Part shown: piece after piece, positions 37,887 to 46,898 of the stretch
How positions within the stretch are numbered: the stretch's first letter is position 1
Layout of the letters: every line of letters starts with the position of its first letter
DNA from: a virus
Lineage: Duplodnaviria; Heunggongvirae; Uroviricota; Caudoviricetes
Direction: 5' to 3' (one strand)
DNA: 64,000 bases
IMG/VR virus record: IMGVR_UViG_3300046542_000616
Program-made: the position numbers and the translations under genes
Notes under the pieces: model-generated
Seen by the model: only the letters and a program-made list of their open reading frames with translations
The model's database searches: none
What the model was told of the DNA's origin: nothing

Positions 37887-38081
37887 CGCATCTACTCTCG
37901 CCACCCGCTGCGGCATGAAAGGCGAATCGCTCGCTGTAGCCATAGGCTCTGGAGTTTTCCACCCGGCACGTCCAGTCACAAGCCAGCCTGGTGCCAGTCA
38001 AACTGGTTCAGCAGGCCGGACGGCGTGACGCTGTAGACTTCTTTAAGTTACCACCGGAGCAAGGCGACTTCAATTTCCCGA

Positions 38082-38813
38082 TTACGCGCCGACGTGGCCT
38101 GGCTCCTGGCTCAAGCGAAAAATCACGTCCTTCTTCGAGGTGTCGCGCTTGTCAATGATGCTGTCGATGATTTCCGAAACTGACTGTTTGATGTTCTTGT
38201 AGTCACCGATCTCTGATTCGCTGATCTTGACAACAACATCCAAGGAGAGGTCTTTATCGGCAAAGCCCATCATGCAGTTCCTGGCATCTTGAACGCCATC
38301 GGACAGGTAGCAGTAAATGGCCATGTCCGTGTTGCCCTTCTTATCGGGCTTCAGATAGAAATCGACGCGCTCGTGACTTTCGGTCTGCCGGCCTTTCACG
38401 TAGGTCAGACCATTATCGGCTACCACCTTAGGCAGCGGCGTGCTGTTGGCATCGGCGTAGTTTTTCGGGTTGTAGATGGACTTGAGCGTGGTATTGAAGG
38501 GCAGGCTGAAGCTCCTGGACAAGGGCTTCAGAGTGATCAGGAAGCTGTGCGCCTTTTCAATGACGCCGGGCATCTCATAGGCCTTTTCCACGTAAGGCAT
38601 TGAGGCATGGATCTGCACGGTGTTGGGTTCTTCGCCGCAGGTGATGGCGTTGATGGTGGGATCACCCTCTTCCCGACTAGCTTGATTGGGAAGCTTGATT
38701 TGGTGCTGGCCAACCATGGGGCAGAATCGACCTGCAATTTCAGCAGCCATCAATTTTTCTGAGACGGGGATCGTGAAGAGTAAAAAGGTAGAGAAAATAT
38801 GGGAAATTTTCAT
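38082..38813 (-). CDS. secreted hypothetical protein (243 aa, N-terminal signal peptide)
   Basis: MKISHIFSTFLLFTIPVSEKLMA signal-like N-terminus; no recognised domain. Confidence 0.6.
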   Translation of the reverse strand: MKISHIFSTFLLFTIPVSEKLMAAEIAGRFCPMVGQHQIKLPNQASREEGDPTINAITCGEEPNTVQIHASMPYVEKAYEMPGVIEKAHSFLITLKPLSRSFSLPFNTTLKSIYNPKNYADANSTPLPKVVADNGLTYVKGRQTESHERVDFYLKPDKKGNTDMAIYCYLSDGVQDARNCMMGFADKDLSLDVVVKISESEIGDYKNIKQSVSEIIDSIIDKRDTSKKDVIFRLSQEPGHVGA

Positions 38814-38956
38814 GATCGTGTCGTGAATGGTGACTTAAGAGGGCGCGCATCTTAGCCAGCTGATGATTTTTTTTCAAATTGTTTTGAACTTATTGTCCGA
38901 ATGCGAATCGTCCTCAGGGTTTCCCTGAGCAGCGGGCATACGGGAATCCCTTTAGT

Positions 38957-39637
38957 GTGGCGGGTCTCACCGGCTATACTGCCGGAAATTGGAGGCTTCC
39001 CGTGGATTACGAAGACATTGTCCGGCTCAACGTCCTGAAGACAGCCGGGGTTGAGTGTAAATTTTCTTGGCTTGATACGGCTGAGCAGCGCCAGGTGGAT
39101 GCAGCGATCACTATCGTTCGCAAGGGCTTTGACCCAGATTTCATTAGAGGCCTGGAACGGCGTACGGTACTGGGTTTTTACGTGCTGCATGCCATGCGCA
39201 CTGACCCGAACTGCCCTGATAAACAGATTTACCGTAAATTGGCAGTCACGCACCTTGGTTGCTCTGACTTCATGACCATGCCGGCCTATCAGGCAATGCT
39301 CGCCAAGACCGTGAATGAGCTCATGGAAGTAAAGATGAGCGCGCAAGAGTTTATCACCGAGCTGGTTTCGAAGACCCCTGCGAGCCATGCAAAGGTGACG
39401 GAGTTGCTGGGCGTCGGGTCGAGTTACGCACGCAAAAAGGCAGAAGGCGAAGAGGTTGTTCAGGGACTGGTGATCAAGACGCTGCTCTCTCTGGAGGGCG
39501 GGAAGGATCTTATGGTCAAGCACGTGAGTAAGACTGAACTCGGAAGGCTTGTGCTCAAACACAACCTGAGCGGCTTTGAGCGCCATATCAGCCGTAAAGA
39601 CGCCGGAACTCTACTCTCGGATCAATTAGGCGTTTAG
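38957..39637 (+). CDS. hypothetical protein (226 aa)
   Basis: Plus ORF has more protein-like composition than the overlapping minus ORF 38852..39586 (Arg/His/Cys-rich shadow); co-oriented with downstream genes. Confidence 0.5.
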   Translation: MAGLTGYTAGNWRLPVDYEDIVRLNVLKTAGVECKFSWLDTAEQRQVDAAITIVRKGFDPDFIRGLERRTVLGFYVLHAMRTDPNCPDKQIYRKLAVTHLGCSDFMTMPAYQAMLAKTVNELMEVKMSAQEFITELVSKTPASHAKVTELLGVGSSYARKKAEGEEVVQGLVIKTLLSLEGGKDLMVKHVSKTELGRLVLKHNLSGFERHISRKDAGTLLSDQLGV

Positions 39638-39667
39638 TCGCCCACAGCGCACCACAGGAGCTTTGCC

Positions 39668-40882
39668 ATGCTGGTTGTTTTCGAATTTGAGTCAAAGAAT
39701 TGCTTGGCTGGCTTCCTTGAGGTGGCTGCCCATGGCGATGTAGAGCAAAACGAAGAGTTCGACTACTGTGTGAACCGGGAACACGCCCAGGAAATCCTGG
39801 CCTGTCGTGCGCTCAACATCCCGTATGTGGTGCTTTCCAGACAGTTCTCAGCGGACGTTGAGATCATTGACAGCAATACCGACGTCACCCGTATGGACAA
39901 AAACAGCCAGGTGATCAAGCGCGTGCGGTCGGTCAGCATCAGCCATCCCGACCTTGCAGGCTTTAAGAACTATATCGCCAAGGCTCAGGACGAGGTCGTC
40001 ACCCACTGGCCCGATCAGCTGAAAAACCCGGACTACTTCCTCAAGCGCAGCGTGATCGAGCTGAGCAAGGCAAGGTTCAGCGGGATGATGGCTGCCGGGG
40101 AGATTCGCCCTCCGGTGTTCATCAAGGGGGTGCAAAAGGGCAATGGCTTTAGTCTTCACCATGTCCTGCACACAGATGACGACTTGCACGCGATGATCAA
40201 GCCGGTCGGCGAGTTAAGGGCTTTGTTTGGTCGCAAACTGCATATTGAGCCAGAGCAGAGCGACACGGATTTCCTGGCCTTCATGCAAATGCCGGACTGG
40301 TACTGTCCCTACCGCGACAGCATGGAGGCAGGCCGGCTGTGTGCGTTCGATCCCGTGGAGGGCGTGATGCTCTCCGAAGCGCTGACCTTCGAGCGGGCGC
40401 CGGAGCACAAAGGCGAGTACCGGGCGTTCATCGTGGACGGCAAGGTCACCAGCCTGTCGAGCTACACCGACTACGTCAGCTATCCGGTGCCGGCAGTCAT
40501 CCAAAAGCTGGCCGAGGAGTTTGCTCAACAGAACACTCACCTGGCACCAGCCTTTGTGGCGGACTTTGGCATCACCGAGCGCGGGCCGGTGCTGATTGAA
40601 CTTAACAGCCTGACGCATTCCGGTCGGTACATCGGCAACGACCCTCAGGCGCTGTTACAGGCGATTGAGCAGCACATTGGGGTTGTGGATCGGCGCTTTA
40701 TCTGCGAGCCGCTGGTGGCCGTACCGGAAAGGCTGGCTGAGGATGATCAAGAGTGGATAATTCGGTCTGCCAAGATTGCTGATGTTCGCGAAGGGATGGG
40801 GCTTGTCTCGGTTGACGTCGATGAGTTGCCGAGCTTAAGGGTGAATCCTGGCTTTGACGATGATGAGCCGTACATCGACTAA
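39668..40882 (+). CDS. ATP-grasp fold enzyme (RimK-like ligase family), substrate unknown
   Basis: PPVFIKGVQKGNGFSLHHV (Gly-rich ATP loop), EYRAFIVDGKVTSLSSY, VADFGITERGPVLIELNSL (catalytic E.N) match ATP-grasp hallmarks. Confidence 0.6.
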   Translation: MLVVFEFESKNCLAGFLEVAAHGDVEQNEEFDYCVNREHAQEILACRALNIPYVVLSRQFSADVEIIDSNTDVTRMDKNSQVIKRVRSVSISHPDLAGFKNYIAKAQDEVVTHWPDQLKNPDYFLKRSVIELSKARFSGMMAAGEIRPPVFIKGVQKGNGFSLHHVLHTDDDLHAMIKPVGELRALFGRKLHIEPEQSDTDFLAFMQMPDWYCPYRDSMEAGRLCAFDPVEGVMLSEALTFERAPEHKGEYRAFIVDGKVTSLSSYTDYVSYPVPAVIQKLAEEFAQQNTHLAPAFVADFGITERGPVLIELNSLTHSGRYIGNDPQALLQAIEQHIGVVDRRFICEPLVAVPERLAEDDQEWIIRSAKIADVREGMGLVSVDVDELPSLRVNPGFDDDEPYID

Positions 40883-40912
40883 CGTCTGGGCTATTTTTTG
40901 TGCACGCACTTA

Positions 40913-40935
40913 CCCGCTGTAACAGGCGGGTTTTT
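40913..40935 (+). terminator. rho-independent terminator CCCGCTGTAACAGGCGGGTTTTT
   Basis: 8-bp GC stem + T5 immediately after the ATP-grasp gene. Confidence 0.55.
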
Positions 40936-40965
40936 GTTCTTTTGCGGTTGTTCTGAGCTTGTCGC

Positions 40966-41002
40966 GCTCACTATACTGAATTCAAACCAAGGAGATTTTT
41001 GC
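40966..41002 (+). promoter_or_regulatory. conserved promoter/leader of P-family gene 2 (GCTCACTATACTG ... CCAAGGAGATTTTTGCATG)
   Basis: See 36757..36792; identical spacing (-10-like box 32 nt before ATG). Confidence 0.45.
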
Positions 41003-42142
41003 ATGACCGAGTTCACATCCAAGCACCGAGGCAAGCCGGCTCTCGACTTTCTGCGGGAAGCCAATCTTTACGCTCGCCTTGACGCGGCTACTGAAAGTGG
41101 TGAAATCAACGATATTTTGGAGAGTGCCAAGCACCTCGTTGCGCTTCTCAAGCACGGTGAAAATGAAACCTACTGGAAAAGAGAGCTGAAGGTCGTGCCA
41201 GATGATCTTTCGCTACTTAACACAGTGATGACAGCAATTGATGAAGATCGTCTTGATCAGGCTGGCAAAAAAGCACTGAAGGTGCTGTCTGCGACCATCA
41301 TCAATCTAACGCTTCCGCTGGTGGGCAGACACTTTAACGAGCGTCCAGCACCAAAGATTCCTCTTAACAGTATTTACAGCGGGAAAAACCCTGCTGCAGC
41401 AAACGTTATTGATGGTGAGCCTCCAGAGTTTGGCGTTTACCCCGCTGGTCAGTCATTTGATTCTGTTGTTACCGTGTTTGCAAACACGCATAAAGATTTC
41501 CTGATCAAAAGGCTCAATTACCCAGATGTTTACGCAAAACATCCTGACCCTGTTACGGAAACGCCGATTACGGCTATGGACTTACAGGGGCTTAGTTTTG
41601 ATGCCATCAGTGGCAACTACAAAATTTTCAACAAGTCGCCAGTTCAGCTGATCATGAGGTCGCCGAAAGCGTTCTCAGAGGTGACGAAAAAAGAGTTTGC
41701 CACCGCTTATTTAAAGGCCGCAGAGCAACCAATGGCCCTTGGCATGTTCGCTCTTGTTGCAATAAGCAAGCGACTCTCTGATCTCAGGAAGAAAACACCT
41801 GATGGGGTAGAAGAACTTTACCCGCTTACCGGCAAGTTTTATGGCTTGGAATCAAGTAATCGAGGAAATTTCCTCTTTTCGGCGCAGGAGTTCAGGGAAA
41901 ATGAGTTTGCCACGAATCCGTTCACTGTGGATGAGATCAAGGCCCTCCCATTTCTAATGGGTATGCATGAAGAGGTGTACGCCGAGGTTGAGCACAACCA
42001 TGCTATCCACGCTCCAGCGTGTGCTGCGAAGCTTAAGTCTGCTGGTTTCGAAAAACTGGCTGATTTTATCCAGGAAAACCATGCGGTAAAAACGGCCAAG
42101 CCAGCGCGTAAGTACGACACCGACTTGAGCCCAGGCATGTAA
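41003..42142 (+). CDS. P-family paralog 2 (380 aa), hypothetical; C-terminus ...TDLSPGM
   Basis: ATG at 41003; FSEVTKKEFATAYLKAAEQPMALGMF and FTVDEIKALPFLMGMHEEVYAEVEHNHAIHAPACAAKLKSAGF blocks shared with 42325..43116 (~60% identity) and 36793..37833. Confidence 0.7.
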   Translation: MTEFTSKHRGKPALDFLREANLYARLDAATESGEINDILESAKHLVALLKHGENETYWKRELKVVPDDLSLLNTVMTAIDEDRLDQAGKKALKVLSATIINLTLPLVGRHFNERPAPKIPLNSIYSGKNPAAANVIDGEPPEFGVYPAGQSFDSVVTVFANTHKDFLIKRLNYPDVYAKHPDPVTETPITAMDLQGLSFDAISGNYKIFNKSPVQLIMRSPKAFSEVTKKEFATAYLKAAEQPMALGMFALVAISKRLSDLRKKTPDGVEELYPLTGKFYGLESSNRGNFLFSAQEFRENEFATNPFTVDEIKALPFLMGMHEEVYAEVEHNHAIHAPACAAKLKSAGFEKLADFIQENHAVKTAKPARKYDTDLSPGM

Positions 42143-42157
42143 CTCGGTCACACAAAG

Positions 42158-42182
42158 AAAAACGCGCTTCGGCGCGTTTTTT
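42158..42182 (+). terminator. rho-independent terminator AAAAACGCGCTTCGGCGCGTTTTTT (copy 1)
   Basis: CGCGC-TTCG-GCGCG hairpin + T6 after gene stop; identical hairpin at 43132..43158. Confidence 0.6.
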
Positions 42183-42287
42183 GCTGATGGTGCGTGCGGC
42201 AAGACTCTCAGTGCTTGTGCCATAATCCTAAGATATCGCAGTCCCGTCGAGCGTTGAATGCCTTGTCGATTGCGTGGCCAATAGCTC

Positions 42288-42324
42288 AATCCCTATACTG
42301 GGTAAAGACCAAGGAGATTTTCGC
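42288..42324 (+). promoter_or_regulatory. conserved promoter/leader of P-family gene 3 (CCCTATACTG ... CCAAGGAGATTTTCGCATG)
   Basis: See 36757..36792. Confidence 0.45.
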
Positions 42325-43116
42325 ATGACCGAGTTAAAAAGCAAGCCACTCATCGAACCAGGCGCAATTTACCTGGGCGTTAATGCATCTGGGCAGGCCC
42401 CTCAAAATGGTGAGCCGCCAGAGTTCGGTATTTATCCAATCGGCGAGCGTTTTGTTTCCGTTGTTAGTGAATACATCGCTGATCATCGGAATGGCAAGGG
42501 TCGTACTACTTTGAATGCTGCCCTCATTCAGGATATTGGGCGTCCTATAACGAAAGATGACTTAAATGGATTGTCCCTGGACGCAGTCAGTGGCTCTCAC
42601 GATCTATTCAAGAGCAATTTTATGGCTGCCTTCATGAATTCGAAGTCAGGCTTCTCTGAGGTTTCCAAGCAAGAGTTTGCTACTGCTTACCTCAAGGCTG
42701 CGGAGCAACCAGCAGCGCTCGGCATGTTCTCCTACGTCGCTTTGACTTCAGCTATTGCATTGAGCAAAGACAAAACAAACGACGCTATGACGATTGTCGG
42801 AAAAATGGCAAGCAAGATTTGGAACTCTGATGAGTACCGTGGTGAATTCCAGCTTTCTGCCAAGGAATTCACGGTGAATGAATTCGCGGCGAATCCATTC
42901 ACCGTGGAAGAGATCAGGGCACTGCCATTCGTGCTTGGTCAGTTCAAAGAAATCTACGCAGAGGTCGAGCATAATCACGCGATTCATGCCCAGGCCTGTG
43001 TCGGTAAGCTACGATCTGCCGGCTATGATCTTGCTGCTGATGTCATCCTGGAGAATTTTCCAGAGAAGGCTGCCAAACCGGTGCGTAAGCACGATGAGCC
43101 AGGTTTCGGTATGTAA
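42325..43116 (+). CDS. P-family paralog 3 (264 aa), hypothetical; C-terminus ...EPGFGM
   Basis: ATG at 42325 (ORF 42274.. is an upstream extension); lacks the N-terminal ~110 aa of paralog 2 but is otherwise collinear. Confidence 0.7.
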   Translation: MTELKSKPLIEPGAIYLGVNASGQAPQNGEPPEFGIYPIGERFVSVVSEYIADHRNGKGRTTLNAALIQDIGRPITKDDLNGLSLDAVSGSHDLFKSNFMAAFMNSKSGFSEVSKQEFATAYLKAAEQPAALGMFSYVALTSAIALSKDKTNDAMTIVGKMASKIWNSDEYRGEFQLSAKEFTVNEFAANPFTVEEIRALPFVLGQFKEIYAEVEHNHAIHAQACVGKLRSAGYDLAADVILENFPEKAAKPVRKHDEPGFGM

Positions 43117-43131
43117 TTTTACCTGGCACTG

Positions 43132-43158
43132 AAAAACGCGCTTCGGCGCGTTTTTTTT
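43132..43158. terminator. bidirectional rho-independent terminator (copy 2 of AAAAACGCGCTTCGGCGCGTTTTTTTT) between convergent genes
   Basis: Identical stem to 42158..42182; lies between gene stops at 43116 (+) and 43186 (-). Confidence 0.6.
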
Positions 43159-43185
43159 GTTAAAGCAGGTGGACAGAAAGGAGAA

Positions 43186-43815
43186 TTACTTACCCATTTC
43201 CAGTCGGTTGTGAAAGTCCCGAATGATGATAGCAAAAGCCCCTTCCTCCTCAAGCAGCGTGTACCGAGGAACGCCTTCGTCAGGCATTCCGTAATAGTCC
43301 ATGTGCGTTGCCAGCCAACCGATGAGCATGTTGACCTGAGGAACATCAGCGGTATCAATGCCCAGGGCTCTCACAAGATTGCCGACTCCAGGCTTTACCT
43401 TGTTTTGATGAAATTGAAAGGCAGGGAAGTATTTGCGTCGATCCTTGGTGTACGCCAGCACCTCACCGGATTTGGTCTTTAAGCTTAGCGCTTGCTTGGT
43501 GATGCCGAGGATGGTGCAGACATCGCTGGATTTAATCAGGTCATAAGCTGCTGCAACGGAGACAAAGGCCCTGTCCTTCATCAAGGCGAAGGCCAGTTCA
43601 TTGCGGACTTTGACGCTCAGCGGTTTTGGCGGCTTGTCGCGCTTCTCAACGATCATGGCCAGGGCGGCGTCATCGTCCATTAACATCGCCTCCAGCACCA
43701 TGAAGCGTGGAAGCGAATCGATCTTCTGGATGAACTTGAGCACCAGCGAGGCTTTGGCCTCTTCCAGTGCTTGATTGTGACTGTCGGCGCTTTCGATACT
43801 CATGACGCTCCTCAC
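43186..43815 (-). CDS. hypothetical protein with putative helix-turn-helix segment (209 aa)
   Basis: ORF; SDVCTILGITKQALSLKTKSGEV resembles an HTH; upstream region contains GTCAAGTC repeats. Confidence 0.5.
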   Translation of the reverse strand: MRSVMSIESADSHNQALEEAKASLVLKFIQKIDSLPRFMVLEAMLMDDDAALAMIVEKRDKPPKPLSVKVRNELAFALMKDRAFVSVAAAYDLIKSSDVCTILGITKQALSLKTKSGEVLAYTKDRRKYFPAFQFHQNKVKPGVGNLVRALGIDTADVPQVNMLIGWLATHMDYYGMPDEGVPRYTLLEEEGAFAIIIRDFHNRLEMGK

Positions 43816-43895
43816 TGGCGCAGAAGTGAGCCAGTGAGTTGATCGTATCCGTGCAGATTGGATCGAGTCAAGTAGTCAAGTCGTCAAGTCGTCAA

Positions 43896-44303
43896 TCAGA
43901 CTAAGTAGTCTGTATCACGGATCAGGCGCACGCCACGACCTTGCCCGATATAGGTCTGGTAGGTGGTGGTCACTTCATGCCGTTTATCATTGATCTCGGT
44001 CTTGGCTTCGACGTGAACCGGGTGCTCGAATTCGCAAGGGGATTCGAACTGGACGAACGCAGAGGCCTTGCGTTTAAAGAAAATCCCTTTGGTGCCACTG
44101 AGGGAGATGCGATAGGTCATTCGACCCTTGCCATCAATCTGCTGGATCTCATAAGAAATCGAAAACGCGGCATCAATTACGCGGGCCTTCTTGATCGCTT
44201 CCCGAACGCTATCGTGCAGATCTTCAAACTCGACAACGCCTAGCACCTGCTCATGAAATAGGTTCTGCAGTCGACGATGGCTATAAGTGTCTTTGAGAAA
44301 CAT
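43896..44303 (-). CDS. hypothetical protein (~135 aa)
   Basis: ORF 43896..44351; likely start is the Met at 44303 (MFLKDTYS...) preceded by a GGAG RBS; no family recognised. Confidence 0.45.
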   Translation of the reverse strand: MFLKDTYSHRRLQNLFHEQVLGVVEFEDLHDSVREAIKKARVIDAAFSISYEIQQIDGKGRMTYRISLSGTKGIFFKRKASAFVQFESPCEFEHPVHVEAKTEINDKRHEVTTTYQTYIGQGRGVRLIRDTDYLV

Positions 44304-44357
44304 GAGTTTGCTCCGTGGTTCAGGGGCCTGGCCGGCAGGCCCCATGAGCATAGCGAG

Positions 44358-44753
44358 TTATGCAGGAATCAGTTCTTCGAGCAGCTTGCCATGAAACTGC
44401 GCCGGCTGACGGGTAGGATCAAAGGTTGTGTAGCTGACGTACTGGTTTTTGTAGTGCATCAGCAGGCAGAATTGCTCATCACACGCATCAGGGTACGTGC
44501 GCTTGTCTGGCGCCATTCGGCCAACATCCAGTTCAAGACCACTGATATGGTCAATGACCTTACCCTGGTTGTAGATCACGCGATGGATCTGGCGATCTTT
44601 CAGGTACACGTGGAACGTGTGACGGTCGCAGGTGAAGCCATGTAGCAGTGTGCGATCCTGGTCAGGGTTGTTCAGCTCTTCGACGTGAATGGTGTACATC
44701 TTTTCCGGCTGATTGATCAGCGCGTTGAGCTTGTTGTAGGCGGTGATGTCCAT
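44358..44753 (-). CDS. hypothetical protein (131 aa)
   Basis: ORF; protein-like composition; no family recognised. Confidence 0.45.
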   Translation of the reverse strand: MDITAYNKLNALINQPEKMYTIHVEELNNPDQDRTLLHGFTCDRHTFHVYLKDRQIHRVIYNQGKVIDHISGLELDVGRMAPDKRTYPDACDEQFCLLMHYKNQYVSYTTFDPTRQPAQFHGKLLEELIPA

Positions 44754-44991
44754 TGGGTGATCCTTGTCTTAGATGAACCAAGGCTACCTTTCATAGGGTA
44801 TGCTGTCAAGATACTCAATAGGCTTTCGCGACCTCACTAGGACTAATGTTCAATTCATCAAAAAATATTGCGCAAGGTATTGATTTTAAAAATGTCAATA
44901 TTTTAAAATTAATTTGTCACGGCCCATCGGCGTGATACGCAGGCCTTCGGGGTGCGTTTACCACCAAGTCGCTCTATGAGGACGAAAAATC

Positions 44992-45420
44992 ATGAGACAC
45001 TCGCAACTTGCTTATCTGATCAATAACAACCTGGCTTTTGGCACCGACTATATGGCCCGGCAGATCGCCAGTGCTCGCGCTGACCTGAAAGCCATTCCGT
45101 ACCCGCCCACAGACATCCTGATGCACGGCGAGAACGACTTCGAGATCCAGATGGCCCTGGCCGGCTACGATGAAAACAACATCGATGTGTCGGTCACCGG
45201 CAAGGAAATGACCATCTCTGGCAAGCCGACCAGCCAGCCGGAAGGGACGCGGTACTACGCCAGGGGCATCTCGCGCAAAGAATTCAGGCAAACGCTTCAA
45301 TTTGCCCACCCGGTTGAAGTGGTCGAGGCCACCTTCAAGCAGGGCATGCTGATCGTGCGCGCCCAGTCCATCATCCCTGAAGCTGAAAAGCCGCGCACCA
45401 TCAAGGTCACTGCGGCTTAA
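44992..45420 (+). CDS. ibpA: small heat-shock protein, Hsp20/alpha-crystallin family (IbpA-like)
   Basis: YPPTDILMHGENDFEIQMALAGYDENNIDVSVTGKEMTISGK matches the alpha-crystallin domain of IbpA/IbpB (YPPYNI...ALAGF...). Confidence 0.75.
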   Translation: MRHSQLAYLINNNLAFGTDYMARQIASARADLKAIPYPPTDILMHGENDFEIQMALAGYDENNIDVSVTGKEMTISGKPTSQPEGTRYYARGISRKEFRQTLQFAHPVEVVEATFKQGMLIVRAQSIIPEAEKPRTIKVTAA

Positions 45421-45435
45421 TCGAGTCATGGCAAG

Positions 45436-45460
45436 AGGCCCTGTCTTGCAGGGCCTTTTC
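45436..45460 (+). terminator. rho-independent terminator AGGCCCTG-TCTTG-CAGGGCCT-TTTT
   Basis: Perfect 8-bp stem + T4 15 nt after the hsp20 stop. Confidence 0.55.
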
Positions 45461-45734
45461 GCAACCCAGGCTCATCGTGTTATCATCAACCTGCAGCCCT
45501 AGGAACCTCCACTCCCGTGCGCACGAAACGGTGAAGAGACTAGGTATCTGGAAGACTCCGCTTTGCGGGGTTTTCTTTTGCCAGCAAAAAGGCAAAGCGC
45601 AAATCAGGTTGGACAGGAAGGAAAATGAGGGGGTAGGGCAGAGCTTGGTCGGATCCTTCCTTCAGGGCTGGCCGATGGCTGAAGCCTGGCTGAGTCCCTG
45701 GACATCCTCCCTGCCGACATCAGCGGTCACGTCA

Positions 45735-45926
45735 TCACTCCTGCAGGCCAAGCCTTCTCAGGCATTCCTGTTTAACCTCGATCTTCTGTTCACTCGAATA
45801 CAGATTCCAGTCACGAACCTCTTCCACCGTGCGCCCACAGCCCGTGCAAACGTCTCCGCCCACGTTGTGTGAGCAGATCCCTCGGCAAGGGCTTGAGTCT
45901 GGCTTGTTGGGGCGTAGAACACTCAT
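45735..45926 (-). CDS. DUF1289 family Cys-rich small protein (YdhL-like, putative Fe-S/redox)
   Basis: 63 aa; SPCRGICSHNVGGDVCTGCGRTVEEVRDW fits the SPC.G.C......C.GC.RT.EE...W signature of DUF1289. Confidence 0.6.
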   Translation of the reverse strand: MSVLRPNKPDSSPCRGICSHNVGGDVCTGCGRTVEEVRDWNLYSSEQKIEVKQECLRRLGLQE

Positions 45927-46056
45927 TGCGGCCTCGTTGAAACATCAAACATATCAGGAAAATTGCCAGTGTTTGCCTGCAAAAGCACAAGCCAAAGCAA
46001 CGGCGGGAGGTTGATCAGGTGAAGGAATGGTTGGGGCAGGGCAAGGGCAGACGGCC

Positions 46057-46413
46057 CTAGTTGTTGTCCTTGAAATCATGCTGCCAGCGTTTCTGCAGGA
46101 TGCCCTTTGAGTCGAAGTCAAAAACCGTGGACTGCGATCTCGTGTCATCAATGGCCAGCGGGTTGGAGCTGTAGCGTTTGAAGTTATAGACCCAGAGCTC
46201 ATGGCCGGCTTTCTTCGTCTTACGGGAAGGCTCACCAAGAGCTGCCCGGATGACTGATGATGGAGTGCGGCCCAACTCGAAGCTGTTGTATTTCGCCCTG
46301 GAAACCTCGACCCCTTCCTGCTGGATGAACATCTCAGCCATGTCCGTGGAGCATCCGGCCATGAACAACGGGCAAGCAGCGAACACGAGCGCCAAACCAA
46401 TCCGATTATCCAT
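46057..46413 (-). CDS. lipoprotein, possibly SmpA/OmlA (BamE-like) fold
   Basis: Lipobox LFMAGC after a hydrophobic leader; ~100-aa mature domain with BamE-like spacing of hydrophobic/aromatic residues; overlapping ORF 45954..46439 judged a shadow. Confidence 0.5.
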   Translation of the reverse strand: MDNRIGLALVFAACPLFMAGCSTDMAEMFIQQEGVEVSRAKYNSFELGRTPSSVIRAALGEPSRKTKKAGHELWVYNFKRYSSNPLAIDDTRSQSTVFDFDSKGILQKRWQHDFKDNN

Positions 46414-46613
46414 GCCTTTTCTCCCGGCTTTTTGATCATATTGATACTAAAAGCTGGCTCAAAGTCAATATCCTCAAAAATTGCACGACGAAGGGCTGGA
46501 AGGGCAAAAACAAAACCCGTGGATTATGAGGAAAAAATGGTTGTAGCTATTTTTGCTGCCAACTTTCCTCCACATTTTTCTGAGAAATGCGGTGATAAAA
46601 GACAAAATAAAAA

Positions 46614-46649
46614 ACCAGATCAAGAACCAGATCAAGAACCAGATCAAGA
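46614..46649. repeat. 3 x 12-bp perfect tandem repeat ACCAGATCAAGA
   Basis: Read directly; followed by a 17-bp direct repeat GAAAGGCATGGTAGAGA at 46652 and 46682; intergenic. Confidence 0.8.
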
Positions 46650-46898
46650 ACGAAAGGCATGGTAGAGATTTTAAGGCTGTAGAAAGGCATGGTAGAGAAG
46701 CGAAAAGCGAGGTTGTACAGGATGAAAGAATTGTAGGGTTTTCTTCGAAAACCCAAAATGAGGACGTCGCTGCGCGCCGGAAGGCATTGGAGATCTTAAA
46801 AGGCCTGGCTCGCTGCACTGCGTTTTGCTCGGGGCCTTTGAGGCGATCTTACATGCCGACAGCGCGATGCTTTGAGGCCAAAGGCATTGTGGGAAGCG

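Noticed and set aside
38852-39586. Minus-strand 244-aa ORF overlapping the plus ORF 38957..39637.
   Set aside because: It has Arg/His/Cys-rich composition typical of an antisense frame. The plus ORF is co-oriented with the downstream ATP-grasp gene and looks more protein-like. Confidence in either ORF is only moderate.
44974-45429. Minus-strand ORF covering the hsp20 gene.
   Set aside because: The plus frame encodes an unmistakable alpha-crystallin domain.
45477-45872. 131-aa plus ORF and the overlapping ORF 45954..46439.
   Set aside because: They have Ser/Leu/Pro-rich low-complexity translations. The opposite strand encodes a DUF1289-like protein and a lipoprotein with clear signatures.
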